From Dicyema japonicum (taxonomy: Eukaryota; Animalia; Dicyemida): 34,042 nucleotides of DNA. Of the stretch, positions 21,927-33,560 are shown in pieces. The notes beneath the pieces are model-generated. The model was not told the DNA's origin. It was given only the letters and a program-made list of their open reading frames with translations, and did not search any database. The stretch spans positions 717,932 through 751,973 of the forward strand of contig RDEW01000012.1 of NCBI GenBank assembly GCA_011109175.1, written 5' to 3'. Within the stretch, counting starts at the first letter, position 1; each line of letters opens with the position of its first letter. Position numbers and translations under genes: made by a program.

Positions 21927-24775
21927 TTTTTTTTTAAATTTATTTTATTTAAATTTAAACAATAGAAGTCAGGTAGTAGCCGCCCTCACCGCGTGGCTGT
22001 TTTCTCTCAAAATTGCGAGCGAAATTCGCTCAAATAGCCAGCGGCGTTCGCGGAGATCTCCAGTGCATGAGGTGATCCGGTTTCCAAGACGTCCGAAAAA
22101 CTCGAGTGTAGAGGGGGAGTAGGATCCGGAAGTCTCCATAGCAAGGGGAACAAATTTGACATCATCGGGAAGGTCGACGTATTTAACGAGTTTGGCCTTC
22201 TCCGCCTTTACGGATGCTGAACAGGCCCTTGTAGCACTCTCGTGAAGATTTTTCTGATGGAACGTGTCTGTACATGTCACATCCCAATCCAGTGGTTTCC
22301 CGGCCTCAAATGGAAATATGGTCATCCCGTCCGGTCGTTTCCCGTCACTTCTGCATAACCCGACCGGTTCAAGAATGGCCGAGTATCCAGCAGCATCCAT
22401 AGCTTGCCTGATAATTTGATTCAAAGCCTTGGGGATCTGCCAGCGCTCCTCCTGCAGGCGAGAGGGTGCAGGCCATAGCAGTCTATCAGGATGCCACATC
22501 GGCACGGTGAAGTACACATACTTTTAGTCCCAGCCGCAGAGAGATACCAGTTCTAACGCATTCATCATCCAGAAAAGTGCCCAAAGCTCCATTGGGGATG
22601 GCGTTTAGCCAAACTCCGCTCTCAGGGGAAGCCCCTGAAAGCAAACAAGCGCGTCGGTGCTGATTGGCAGATTCTAGTAGGAGTCCAAATGATTTCCAGC
22701 ATAATAAGTTGTCCAGGTTTCGCTGGCGATCTTGGGAAGGAGGCAGGGGGAGGTTGGTGGCATTCCAGGCTTCTCGTGCGTGGATTATCTCTTGGTCAGT
22801 TGAGAATTCGGGTGGGGAGTGTAGAATCCTCCTGAACAAAGGTTCGCAGGCCGTGAGTGATGATAAATGAGCGGGAAGTGAGACGTCCAAAGTTCGACGG
22901 ATTCAAAGACCCCCGAATCTAACTGGGAGTGTAGCCTGCATCCATGTATCATCTTCGAATCGGACATTAAATATTTGCTCCGTCGAGCTGAGTAGAGACA
23001 AATCAAAATTTTCGAGCAGCTCCAGTTGAGAATAATATGGAGCTGTCCTTAGTAGATAGGAGATTCTCTGGATGTTGAGACTTCTTTTCAATAGGAATAG
23101 TGCTGTGTGCAAGTCCAGCAGCTGTAATCTTTCTAGCGAATCGCATAGGAGTTGTTTTTTGTCAAGGAGGACATGCTTCATCGCATTACTAGTGATCGGG
23201 GATCCAAGAAAAATCAATTCATTTTCAGGGCTCGAAATCCCACCGGGAAACAAGGAGTGAAATTTTTGAACAATTGAAGAGAAGTCATCGTCAGCAAGAC
23301 CAGAGTTTGTTATTTCACATTTCGTTATATTCAACTGAAGACCCACCTCGGACAGCGCGGGGGTGAGTACTTCTAAGTCCTGGAAGACCGTTTCCGGGGG
23401 ACCTCCTAAGACAGCGTCATCGAGGTACCAGATGTTGAGTGGGCATCTAGAGAGCTTCGTGATCCTCTCAATGCCGAGGGAAACAGCAGTGGTCCGAGGG
23501 GGTCGCCCTGTTGAACACCTGAGGACGATGGAACTATGAAATCCCCGTGCAATAGTGATGAAGGTTTTGCGTATGAATAATTGACCAGTTCAAATATGTA
23601 CGGACATCTTTCCTTGCAGGCCTCCAGAATGCAGTCTCTTCTTAAGCTGTTAAAAGCGTTCTTGATGTCCAGTTTTACCATAATGTGCCTTTTAAAGTCT
23701 TGAATGCTGCTGTTCCTGAATCTTCTGACGGAGTGAACGGCTGCCTCACATCCAAGACGGACTCCGACTCCAACTTGACTGGGAAGTAAAAATTTTGACA
23801 AGATTGACGTAGAAAATCTGGAAGCAATCTTGGCTGCTACTCTTATGAAAGTGAATCCGACCGCGATCGGGCGGATTCCACCTCCCTTCTTGTCGACGGC
23901 AATCAGACTAGCCGAAAACAAGATATGACGTATCAAATCAGGCAAATGTCCAGATAATATCCTGTTCATAAGAGAAGTGAGTGAGTATGAAAGACGACTT
24001 GCTTGGTCTCCAATAGTCGGTGAAATAAGGTCTTTAAGATGGCCGGGCCTTAAGCCATCGAGACCTCCACAGCTACTTGGTGCAAAGTTCCATAACGCCG
24101 TTCTGACATCCTCAGGCGGCGTGGTCAAAGGGGTCGCTTCTGATGGGGGCGAGCAATGGCGTAGGTCATTCGGAGAGGGTGGATGTTTCCCCAATAGCGT
24201 CTTGTAAGTATCAATGGTTGGATTGCGTGGTCCATCTGAGAGTGAGAGGGCCTTCAATGCGGATCGGGTTCCTCCTTCAAGCAACTTCGATCGTACGGTC
24301 TTTCTTAGGCGAAGAATCTCCGTTTTCCGAGTTGAACTCCGAGTCTCAGTTGAACGGATGCAGAAGGACGTGAGGTCCGTAAAGTGAGTTCCATCCATAA
24401 ATGCGCGGATGTTGTTCTTCATCTCAATCGAGAGAGACTCCTTCCCATTGCGATCTCTAGAGGAGCCAAGACCGAAAGGAGCAAAATTAAACAAACGTAT
24501 CCAGTCGTTTATAGAGTCGGAGCGGAGTGCATCGTCGATTGCTTTGGTTAAGGCTTCGGCAGCTAGGGGGCGGGCTGCTTTAGGGATCTTCACCGGGATA
24601 CTCCTCGATGACCGGCGTTCATTGATAATTTTGAGCAGCGAATCTGGATCCAAATGGGAAAGGTCTGCCCCCGGGGGTACATGCACTCGCGTGACCATTA
24701 GGAAACCCCGAACCAATTCCAAGGCACGAGCGGCAGTGCCATACCCCAAGAGCACGGATAGAGGCCTGATTTTTA
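21927..24775 (-). mobile_element. CRE-clade non-LTR retrotransposon, 5'-truncated, with near-intact RT-CCHC-RLE and A-rich tail
   Basis: GGIRPIAVG, QVGVGVRLGCEAAVH, LDIKNAFNS, GVQQGDPLGPLLF, WYLDD, QATLPVRFGGL, CRCG..H..C, RPDG..WDVTC..AEKAK..KY..PLAMETSG and ERISLAILR. Only a few lesions: frameshifts near 23430 and 22400-22500, and a GGA>TGA at 22903. Confidence 0.92.
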
Positions 24776-24788
24776 TAAACACATTTAT

Positions 24789-26700
24789 TTAATCTAAAAA
24801 CAGGTAACAGCTACTGGATGCTCTCATTACTGAAAAACTATTTTTCCTGACGACTTGCAAGGAAATCCGGTCAATGAACCAGCTGCTTTCCCTTCTATCA
24901 TATTTCCTCTTAGCCAAGAGCGGTCCGATTTTGTTTAGCAGGGTTAGTGACCTGCTTCCTATGATTGCTGACGTTTCCATGGCGACTGGTTCAAAATGTC
25001 CATCGATGCATTCGTATTTCTTCATGTTTATGGTCTCAGTCTTCTCCGAAGCAGAACCTGGGTTAGTTGCTGTAATAACAAGGTTGGAGGGAGAGAGGCT
25101 ATCCACAGAGGTGGCGTCCCAGGAAAGGTACCTACCACTCTCTTATGGGAAGAGAGTTGTTCCGTCAGCTCTCTTGTTTTCTGGGGTCAGTCCGAGACGC
25201 TTCAATTGGACAGGAAATCCGACCGCTTCTAGTCATCACACAATAAATCTGTTGATTGCGGTGTGTCTTGGACTCCTTCCAGCAGACCTCCAGCAGGAAA
25301 GAGCGTCAATACTTTCGCGTCGACCATTCCTTCTCGTCTACAGCGGTAGATCGCGCAAATATCCATTCCGAGGCAGGCGGAAACCCCAATTCTCTTGACG
25401 TCGTCATCCGATAGTGTCCCAAGTGAGGAGAATAGCAATGCTCTGAGACATGCAACACTTTCGTTTGTCATTGCAGAAGACAGACATGCTGGTCAAGTTC
25501 AGATTTTATCTCATCTTTGAGCATAAAAACTTGTTCCATTCTCGTTGTTTACCATGTTCTTCGAGAACCCTACACTCAGTCACGTCCAGACTTCCCGAGC
25601 CGTGTATGCCACTGGTTCAGCGTCCGGTCCATTAATGTACCGTAGAATCTGGCGTGTGAGACCACTGAAAGCATATGTCGAAGATAGAAAGGGCAAGTTT
25701 TAGTGGTAAGCGTTCAATAAAGTTACATAATACAGTCATTTAGAGGAGAGCCGAGAAAAATGTCTTTTTCGAGTCGAGTGACTGAGACATCCTTGAGATA
25801 ATTAAAAATCGTAGCCAATGAGTGGTTGAAGTCGTCCTCATTGCAAGTAACGTTAATGATTTCACATTTTGACAGATTCTGTTACAACCCAAGTGTTACA
25901 AGTGGAGAGATGACGGACTTGACTTCTGCCACCACAATTTCCCAATTGGTCGCATCATCCAGATACCATAAGTTCATTAAGGTTCTGATCATTGAAACTG
26001 CACGATACCCAAAGTCGCCTTGTTAAACTCCAGTCTTGTATTCGATAATGAGTTGTCAGAAGATCAGCGTATATGGGGAACCATATGAGAGTTTCACCAT
26101 CGTGATAATTCCCGGGATCCTGGGAATGCTATTGAAAGCATTGCGGATGTCCAGACTGACTATTGTAGCATTGGTAGTATCAGGCGGACTGGCAACGATT
26201 TCCGGATTGAATAGATTACTGGATCGCATCCATGAGGAACCCCAAGTTGAGTAGGGCTCAGTTCGGGGCTTAGAGTCTTGCTTGCTACTCTGGCAGCAAT
26301 TAACGACGTCAGGCACCTGAATACGTAGCGATGGGTCTTAAATCACCACAAATCGTGGAGTCGAAGATTTTAGCCCGAAGAATGCAGTCTGCTAGGGTCT
26401 TTATTGAATTAATGAGGGAGTTCCCTATATCGACGGTTGTTGCAGAAGTAAAATCTTTCATTTGGCTAGGACGTAGTCAGTCCAAGCCAGCACTGCTGTT
26501 TCCTAGAAAACATGAAACAGCAGATCGTATATCACCTGTTGTGGTGTCCAAATGTGAAATTTCCTTTCCAATTTCTGTCTCACAGGTGGATGTTTTTGGA
26601 TGATGAGCTCGAGGGTTTCTCTAGTTAGTGAAAGAACTCTGCGTTCCTGGAGAGCGTGCTCAGGGTTCTCCGACCATGCTCTTCTTATTCACTTTTATGA
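24789..26700 (-). mobile_element. Older, more degraded CRE element of a different subfamily, head-to-tail with the previous one
   Basis: SSAGLD*LRPSQMKD, LRPIA, LDIRNAFNS and the RLE PVAMETS..RISLQVVR. Many internal deletions and frameshifts. Confidence 0.85.
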
Positions 26701-27960
26701 ATAAACCTATTATTATAGAACCTATCCATACCCAAGTATAGATGCCATTGGAATAATACCCGGAATGATCCCAAGAAATGTTATTGAAGTCTTGTGATGG
26801 TAGAGTCTGGATACTATGAAGACGGAAACTTGAGAATAGGAATCATTATTAAGTGTTGTGGAATCGAAAATGAATCTGATACTTGATTTTGTCAGTAAAT
26901 TGTAGATTTTGTGAGTTTGAAACGATTCCCCATTCAAACAATAATGATTATGCACGAGATGCTTACTAAAGCTGAGATTTGAGGATGTTGTTATTAGGGT
27001 TCCTGGATTGATGAGTACCACAAACGCGAAAAGTACATAGAGTTAATTGATCCAGGTAAGTCCGAAGATAAAAATCAAACCTCTCCAATTTGAATTTATT
27101 GACTTTTTAGTTGATAAGGCAATCGAGAGATATACCTAAAGATTTCTGGAAGCGCTTTATTTTTCTGTTAGCCATATTTTCAAATGACCGTTGTAAATTT
27201 GGTCAATGTTGGATGTAATTTGGCCTTTCTTGGTATATTTGTTAACCTTGTTGCATGTAATTGCTATCGATTACAAATATTTAACCTCATTTCTATTTTT
27301 GTTTTCTGAAATTGATGAATTAAAACCTCAATGTCTTGAGTTTCCATTATTATTGGTTTTGATTTTCCCTCAAAATTCCAAAAAGTACAGTTTTATTCGC
27401 AACTCTTCTAGTCAAAGTCCTGAAATCATTTTTTTATTTTTTTCGGGATATAGAAAACATTTTTTTGGAAAAGAACTTTCCAATAAAAAATATCTCATTT
27501 TATGAATCCCGTACTTTATATTAAGTCTCCGTGTTGATCACCTCAGGACATAAGCCTCCTACTAACCACCTATCATTCCATGAGCTTCCACACTCTCCTA
27601 GTCTCATTAGTATCCAAGTTATTTCCCAATGAAGATATTAATAGGTTGCGATTAGGTAGAGTCCACATAAATGGGAAATTGAATCACCACGTGTGTATCG
27701 AGTCCCTTTCTTCAACCAACATTATTGTAGCTCATTAGACGCATTCTCAGCGTCAGAAAAGACGGAAGCCTAAAAAGAAGAAATAGGATTTCCTTGGACA
27801 TATTAACGTGATTGTTGTTGGACAAGCCATTTTTTGTCAAAAAGCTGGCTTCCAAAAACCCAATGGCTAATCCATTCGATCTCTATCATGAGAGACCACG
27901 TGGATATCAGTCTTCCACATGATCTCCATTGCTACAATGAGAGACAACCAACGAGGGGAT

Positions 27961-28288
27961 CAACAGTTAAAACATAATAAACGCTTTTGTTTAAAAAAAT
28001 GACAAATCAGGTCAGAACAATCCCACTAACAACAATTTTTGAATTTTTACAGTTGATTATAGCAGGCCACATAAAGTACTTAATATTCTTATTACTCACA
28101 TCAGAACGGGAGTGTCGCACGTGCCAACAGTTAAAACATAATAAACGCTTTTGTTTAAAAAAATGACAAATCAGGTCAGAACAATCCCACTAACAACAAT
28201 TTTTGAATTTTTACAGTTTATTATAGCAGGCCACATAAAGTACTTAATATTCTTATTACTCACATCAGAACGGGAGTGTCGCACGTGC
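27961..28288. repeat. 164 bp direct tandem duplication covering the 3' end of the MIEAP-like ORF
   Basis: 27961-28124 and 28125-28288 differ by one substitution. Confidence 0.95.
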
Positions 28289-28851
28289 CACAGTCCATTA
28301 AACTCCCTGTCCATATGTTTGTACACATATGACCTATGTCTTAGTTTCATGCACCAATTGAATCGCACACAACGTTCAATAAACTGACTCCACATGCCAC
28401 AATGCTCAACCTCTTCAAAACCCTCCAAATTATCAAGGAGTTTGTTGTTGACCTCATTTTCGACCTCCTTCAGGTTAAATCCAACACATGTCTTGCTTAA
28501 GTAGGTGGTAATATGCTGCTGTAATGTCAGGACTTCTTCGTTGTTGGCTTTACAGACTGGGTGGTACAAAAGTTGTTCCACGGTCTCCATTATGGTCTCC
28601 AAATGACGAGCAGTCACCTTTTCAGCCAAAAGTAGAACAGTGGTCACTATTTTGTCCTGGAGGACAGTCTGACCTTCAAAACAAGGAAGATTTCCGAATT
28701 CGTTCAAGATCATGCTCTGTCCTAGGTTATAGAGATCACGGAATTTGTCCACGATATAGAAACAAGGTCTACAAGTCAAAGAATTCGTATTATGATCCAC
28801 AATGTTATTGTTTCCACTTTGAAGACCACCTGTTCGATCGAGTGACTCCAT
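28171..28851 (-). CDS. MIEAP (mitochondria-eating protein/SPATA18) domain-like protein, 226 aa, single exon
   Basis: N-terminal RP..IVDKFRDLY and C-terminal FIERCVRFNWCM..EFNGLWHVRHSRSDVSNKNIKYFMWPAI..IVVSGIVLT match my recollection of the MIEAP domain pattern. The ORF is uninterrupted. Confidence 0.62.
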   Translation of the reverse strand: MESLDRTGGLQSGNNNIVDHNTNSLTCRPCFYIVDKFRDLYNLGQSMILNEFGNLPCFEGQTVLQDKIVTTVLLLAEKVTARHLETIMETVEQLLYHPVCKANNEEVLTLQQHITTYLSKTCVGFNLKEVENEVNNKLLDNLEGFEEVEHCGMWSQFIERCVRFNWCMKLRHRSYVYKHMDREFNGLWHVRHSRSDVSNKNIKYFMWPAIINCKNSKIVVSGIVLT

Positions 28852-29172
28852 TTATTAAAACTCAACGCAGCCTGGTAATATATAGCGCGTATTATTTGAT
28901 TTATCGATATATTTTGTTTATTATTATATTTTATTAACAATTTAATCAATAAAATTTTAAATATCTGTAAGAGCACAGGGGAGTGTCTGGGGAGTGGTTA
29001 TATGCCCGATACGTGCTTTTGTGTACTCGAGGGAGGAGCATCAGCCCAAGATGAGGTCTCTGCTGGAGTGTATCGGGATCAAGTAAGTAGTTAATGTTGC
29101 CCTCGACTTATTTCATTTATATTGGACACCATGTCATCAAATATTCAATTTAGTAGGTCTGATTCTTAATTG

Positions 29173-29227
29173 GCCATCCTAGCACTAGGGTTTACTTGAG
29201 ATAGGCGCATCACATGACGGCACGCTA
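29173..29227 (+). repeat. Short dispersed repeat, copy 2
   Basis: Similar to 15872-15925, sharing the core atcacatgacg. Confidence 0.6.
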
Positions 29228-29451
29228 GCATAACAAAGGAAGAAAGGAAATAGAGGAACATAAGAGAAATCCTCTAACAAATAGCCAGTGGAAAGAATCG
29301 AACGCACTGAGTATTCTTAATGACATTCAAACCACTACGTCACCTGATCTGAAAGTGATAACAGCCTCCACCAACTTCACCTGATTATGTAACTAAGTAG
29401 ATAAAATATATTACAAAAAATTAAAATTTTAAATAATGTAAATAATATTAT

Positions 29452-30110
29452 ATGATAAGAGCAGTGTTGATTTTTAATCTGGCAGGAAAACTAAGATTTG
29501 TCAAATTTTACACAAATTACGTAATTAATCTCTTATTTTAATTAAAGACAGAAAAAGAACAATCCTATATCACTCGGGAGATATTTATGTCGGTTTCCTC
29601 GAGAAAAAAGCAAGATTCCTCGTTTCTTGAGGGAGTTAGGTTGACACATATATTATTCCAGAATGTTGGGAGACAACGACAACATCCTCGTTTGCCGAAC
29701 CTACGCAACACTGCATTTTATATTCTGCGTTGATTCCGTGGAGAATTACCTAGGAATCCTGGACTTGATCCACGTTTGTGCTCAAATTTAGAATTAGGTT
29801 TTTGTGGAGGTTCTTGATTATATTTTTACGAATGTCTGCGAGGTTGATTTGGTTTTTCACTCGGAAAAAGTAATCGTGGCTTTCACTTTAGGTCCACTCG
29901 GTTCTCAATGAGATCATCGTAGGAGGACTCGTCTTGGAGGTTTCTAAGAATCAACTCGTCTCGAGGATCAATAAGATCGAAAAGATGGAACGATCACAGG
30001 TCTCCATTTATGGATTAATCTAGAATGGACTTGTGGAGAACGCGAAAAGTCTATTGAACATCAAATACAGGGATATTTCCAATTTTGTAAAATATTTTTC
30101 TAAAAAATAA
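29452..30110 (+). CDS. AP3S1: AP-3 adaptor complex sigma subunit, intact, 6 exons
   Basis: Exons 29452-29520, 29548-29639, 29662-29773, 29798-29869, 29892-29999 and 30024-30110; introns of 27, 22, 24, 22 and 24 nt, all GT-AG. Protein MIRAVLIFNLAGKLRFVKFY..RTYATLHFIFCVDSVENYLGILDLIHVFVEVLDYIFTNVCEVDLVFHSEKVHSVLNEIIVGGLVLE. Confidence 0.93.
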
Positions 30111-30149
30111 CATTCTTGGAATTCCAATAAATTTATTCTAATAATTTAA

Positions 30150-30590
30150 TTTGCCAGTCATACGGAGGAGGTGTCAACCAAGGGTCTTATATTTTCAAGT
30201 TATTGCGCCGACGATTGAATATGCCTGTTCTGCCTGGAGATTCGCCATTCCTTCTACGAGGGTGGAGCGTGTGAGTTCTCTCAGACGGAAGATCATGAGG
30301 CACATACAATCAGACTCCACATCCGTCCCCAGTCTGCTTTCAGAGGAGGTGACAGTGAGAAATGTCCTGGGCTTCCTACGTATGTGCAATGAGCTATGAA
30401 ACCCATTCAGAGAGAGGGTGGTTCATGCGGAGGAATTCAGATCGGCACTAAAAAATGCACTCCGATAGAATTCCTCTGCAGACATAAAAGAAGACACTTC
30501 AGAAACGTTGTTGGTTCACTGGCGGAGTATTCGAAGAGAATTTTGGCCAACAGACGTTCAGCCGACAATTTAATTAAGCATAAATGATCA
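30150..30590 (+). mobile_element. 3' remnant of a Jockey/I-like LINE RT ORF
   Basis: VIAPTIEYACSAW and IEFLC resemble 6760-7080 (IAPAIEYA, IGFLC). Confidence 0.5.
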
Positions 30591-30605
30591 AGAAATAATC
30601 TATGT

Positions 30606-31560
30606 ATGTTAATAACGGTAAAAATGGAATTTACACAAACCACTCGTGGAAAGAGCAAACTTGTGCATGATGGCTATGCGTACATTATGGATAGACAGAG
30701 AGAGAATGTCATATATTGGAGATGTGAGCTGAAAGGAAAATGCAAAGGCAGAGTAAGAACTGTTAACGAAAAACTTAATGGAACTTTGACACCACACGAA
30801 CATCCATTAATTGCAAGACGTTTACATGCGCTGAAAACCGTCAATACGATACAGAAGAGAGCGAGAGATTCTGAAGAAACTACATCCACAGTTAAGCACA
30901 TACCCTATTGATGCTGCTTGTGCGCTACCCAAAAAAAAACTCTTGCACGTACAAGATGGTAATGTTCTAACTAATGAACTTAAATTTTTACAAATCCAAA
31001 TGTGTATGGCTGCTAATTTCACTTTGGGCAGTGTTTATGGCAAAAATACAAAATCTAGGACTGCAGGTATGGTACAATGACCCAGCAAATGCAAACTTAA
31101 TTAAAAATATTCAAGCACTGGCATTTGTTCCTGTACCTCAAGTCATTGAGAGTTTCCGAGCGCTCCTTGAAACTATAGATGACGAGACTGATGACGTGTT
31201 GGGAGATTTTCTTACCTATTTTGAGACAACGTCGATCAGAGCCTTGCAACGTGGAAGGAGAAGACCATTGTTTAGTTTGGAAATCTGGAATGTACACGAC
31301 AGACAAGCAGAAAGCCTCCCAAGAACTACAAATTCACTTGAAGGATGGCACAGATCTTTTTCAAAAAAAATGTCTATAAAACATCCAACCGAAAGAACAG
31401 TCAGAGTGGGAGCTCACAGTAGAACAAGTGATAACCGGAGCGTTGGAATTATGAAGATCAAATAAAAGTACCAGGATGTGAACAAAAAAATAAAGATTAT
31501 TATTGAAAATATGATGAATACACTCCAGTTGAATTTTTGAGTGCGCTTTCTCATAACTTT
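30606..31560 (+). mobile_element. Mutator-like (MULE) transposase remnant with FLYWCH domain, internally deleted
   Basis: FLYWCH: RGKSKLVHDGYAY..YWRC..KCKGR..HEH. Then GC*FHFGQ, ALAFVP, FLTYFETT, WNV and PRTTNSLEGWH. Most of the DDE core between about 30900 and 30990 is missing. Confidence 0.8.
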
Positions 31561-31699
31561 TAAGTAAATCTTAACTGTTTTCCCCAAACGTCTTGGAATG
31601 GCAATTGTTAGGGGAATGCCTATGACTTACTCTTTTATTCTTCTAGAATTACTAAATTCTTTAAATAACTTTACTATGAATTAAGCATCGGTGAATTGC

Positions 31700-32452
31700 T
31701 CATTATCCGCTGACTTGAACTGAAGAGTGCTCATTACCACGGAAGCTTATCATGGAGTGACGTTCACATCATGGAACAACACATATTATACCCAAGAGAC
31801 TGGATAAGATGTGCTCTTCATGAGGTCATGCCAATGCATGCAAGTATGGGCTTTTCTGGTCGTCTAGCAGAGACTTTTTCCACCTCGGATGTATAAAAAA
31901 CTGCTATGTCTGCATGGACACTGGTCGGAAACCCTAATCTCATGTCAAACGAGCCCGTCGAATCAAATGAGTCGTTGGATCTCAATAATACGGACTCCCT
32001 TTGCTCTTCTTTTCGGAGCAAAAGAAAGCCAGAAAGATTCCAATCAAGATTCCAGGACCCGTTCGGATCCCCGCAGCTACATTTCTCCCGATATCCGGCG
32101 AAAGATTGCTCCGAAAAGATGCGAACCTCGTGAAGGAGGTTGCAGAGGTTCGAAATGGCGGTGATCCTGGCCTCTTAACTAAAAGACTTTAGTTGTTTTC
32201 TTATAAATAAATATTGTTTATTAAAGAGGTTGCCGGTAGTCGGGCAGAAATTTCCAGCGGAAAACCTACGAAAGAGATGGAGAAGGCTAACGGAAAGAAT
32301 AGTCGAAAACATGGCACAAGCAAAATCATAAAGACTGTTAACTGGTAACGCGAACGTGCATTAACTAACTTAAGTACGAACTCTGGCTGGAAATTTGAGT
32401 TTGTAGTAGTATTCATATTTTCATAATGTGACTTAGCCATTAATTTTTTCAA
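31700..32452 (-). pseudogene. Possible degraded MFS (SLC22-like) transporter fragment
   Basis: N-terminal VLKLV..RYQLTVFMILLVP..FSISFVG, later GILIGIFLAFFCSEK and AVFYTSEV..R in different frames. I could not build a consistent spliced model. Confidence 0.33.
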
Positions 32453-32619
32453 AAAGATATATATCCATTTTCTAAAAATTTTTTATTTCTGTCACACATT
32501 AAAAATTGGAACGCTATATTGCCAAGATTTAAGAAATTAACGAAAGAATATCACTTTATAGTTTTATAATTAAATTTTCTTGATTAAATCTCATCAAATT
32601 TCACTTTATCAAATTAGTT

Positions 32620-33560
32620 CTGTTGAAAAAATAAACAATCAACCGAGGGTCAGTAGCCGCCATGACTTCATAGCTATTCCCTTTAAGGATAGCAAGCGAG
32701 AATCACTCGAATAAGCAGCAGCGTTTACGAGGGGGTCTCCTTTTAGTGTAGAAATCCGATTAGCTAGTCGACTCAGGAATTCTAGCGTTTCATGTGCAAG
32801 GGAAACGGACATTTCAACCGTGAACAGAACAAACCTGTAGAACCGCATAAATTGCAAGTAGAAATCCGATTAGCTAGTCGACTCAGGAATTCTAGCGTTT
32901 CATGTGCAAGGGAAACGGACATTTCAACCGTGAACGGAACAAACCTGTAGAACCGCATAAATTGCAAGTTTTGACCTCTTGGCCTTCTCAGCGGTAGAGC
33001 CGACTCCAGAGGCACTCTGATGTAGATGTTTTCCGGGTTCAAAGGTGAAGATAGTAATCCCATCGGGTCGTTTCCCGTCACGTCTGCAAAGGCCGACTGG
33101 TTAGAACATAAAAGGGTGTCCTGCAACATCCAAAGCTTGCCTAATGACTTCATTCAAGGCCATGTGTCTAGGAGATCTTCCCGCACTCTTCCTGCGGGAG
33201 ATTGGGTGCAGGCCAATAAAGTCATTCTGGTCCCTGCATCGGCATCTGTGCGGGACATATACTTTCAACCCGAGTCACAATAAGATCCAAATACGGATGC
33301 ATTCATCATCAAGAAAGTTACCCAAAACTTTGTTAGGAATGGCATTGATCTAGGCATCGCTCTCCGAAGACGCCTCCCAAGACAAACAAGCACGGCGATG
33401 TTGTTTATATGACACCAGCAGATCTTAAAATGACTACCGGTATATGGTATCGTCCGGACCCCGTTGAGAGTTCAGGGAAGGTGAGGGGGAAACGGTTTGG
33501 TTTGGTCCCAGGCCTCACGCTGGTCAGTAAAAAATTCGGGGAGGGAGTTTAGAATCCTCT
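32620..33560 (-). mobile_element. CRE-clade retrotransposon 3' remnant
   Basis: Frameshifted EAW, SES.A.INAIP..LGNFLDDECIRI, GR..RH.ALNEVI, LEP.GLCRRDGKRPDG and AVEMSVS..LEFLSRLANRI. Homologous to 21969-22890. Confidence 0.85.
32748..32967. repeat. 110 bp direct tandem duplication
   Basis: 32748-32857 and 32858-32967 differ by one substitution. Confidence 0.95.

Noticed and set aside
22664-25398. Several plus-strand ORFs of 60-174 aa overlapping the CRE elements
   Set aside because: Antisense shadows of the GC-richer retrotransposon ORF.
26722-27505. Possible Penelope-like RT remnant or host ORFs
   Set aside because: Only vague similarity. No diagnostic DKG, PKIHK or YIDD motifs were seen.
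29210-29217. M-box/CLEAR-like TCACATGA upstream of AP3S
   Set aside because: It is part of the dispersed repeat also found at 15872-15925, so there is no independent evidence of regulation.
636-32967. CRISPR array, prophage or other prokaryotic system
   Set aside because: No repeat-spacer structure or operons. Spliceosomal introns and non-LTR elements show that the sequence is eukaryotic.
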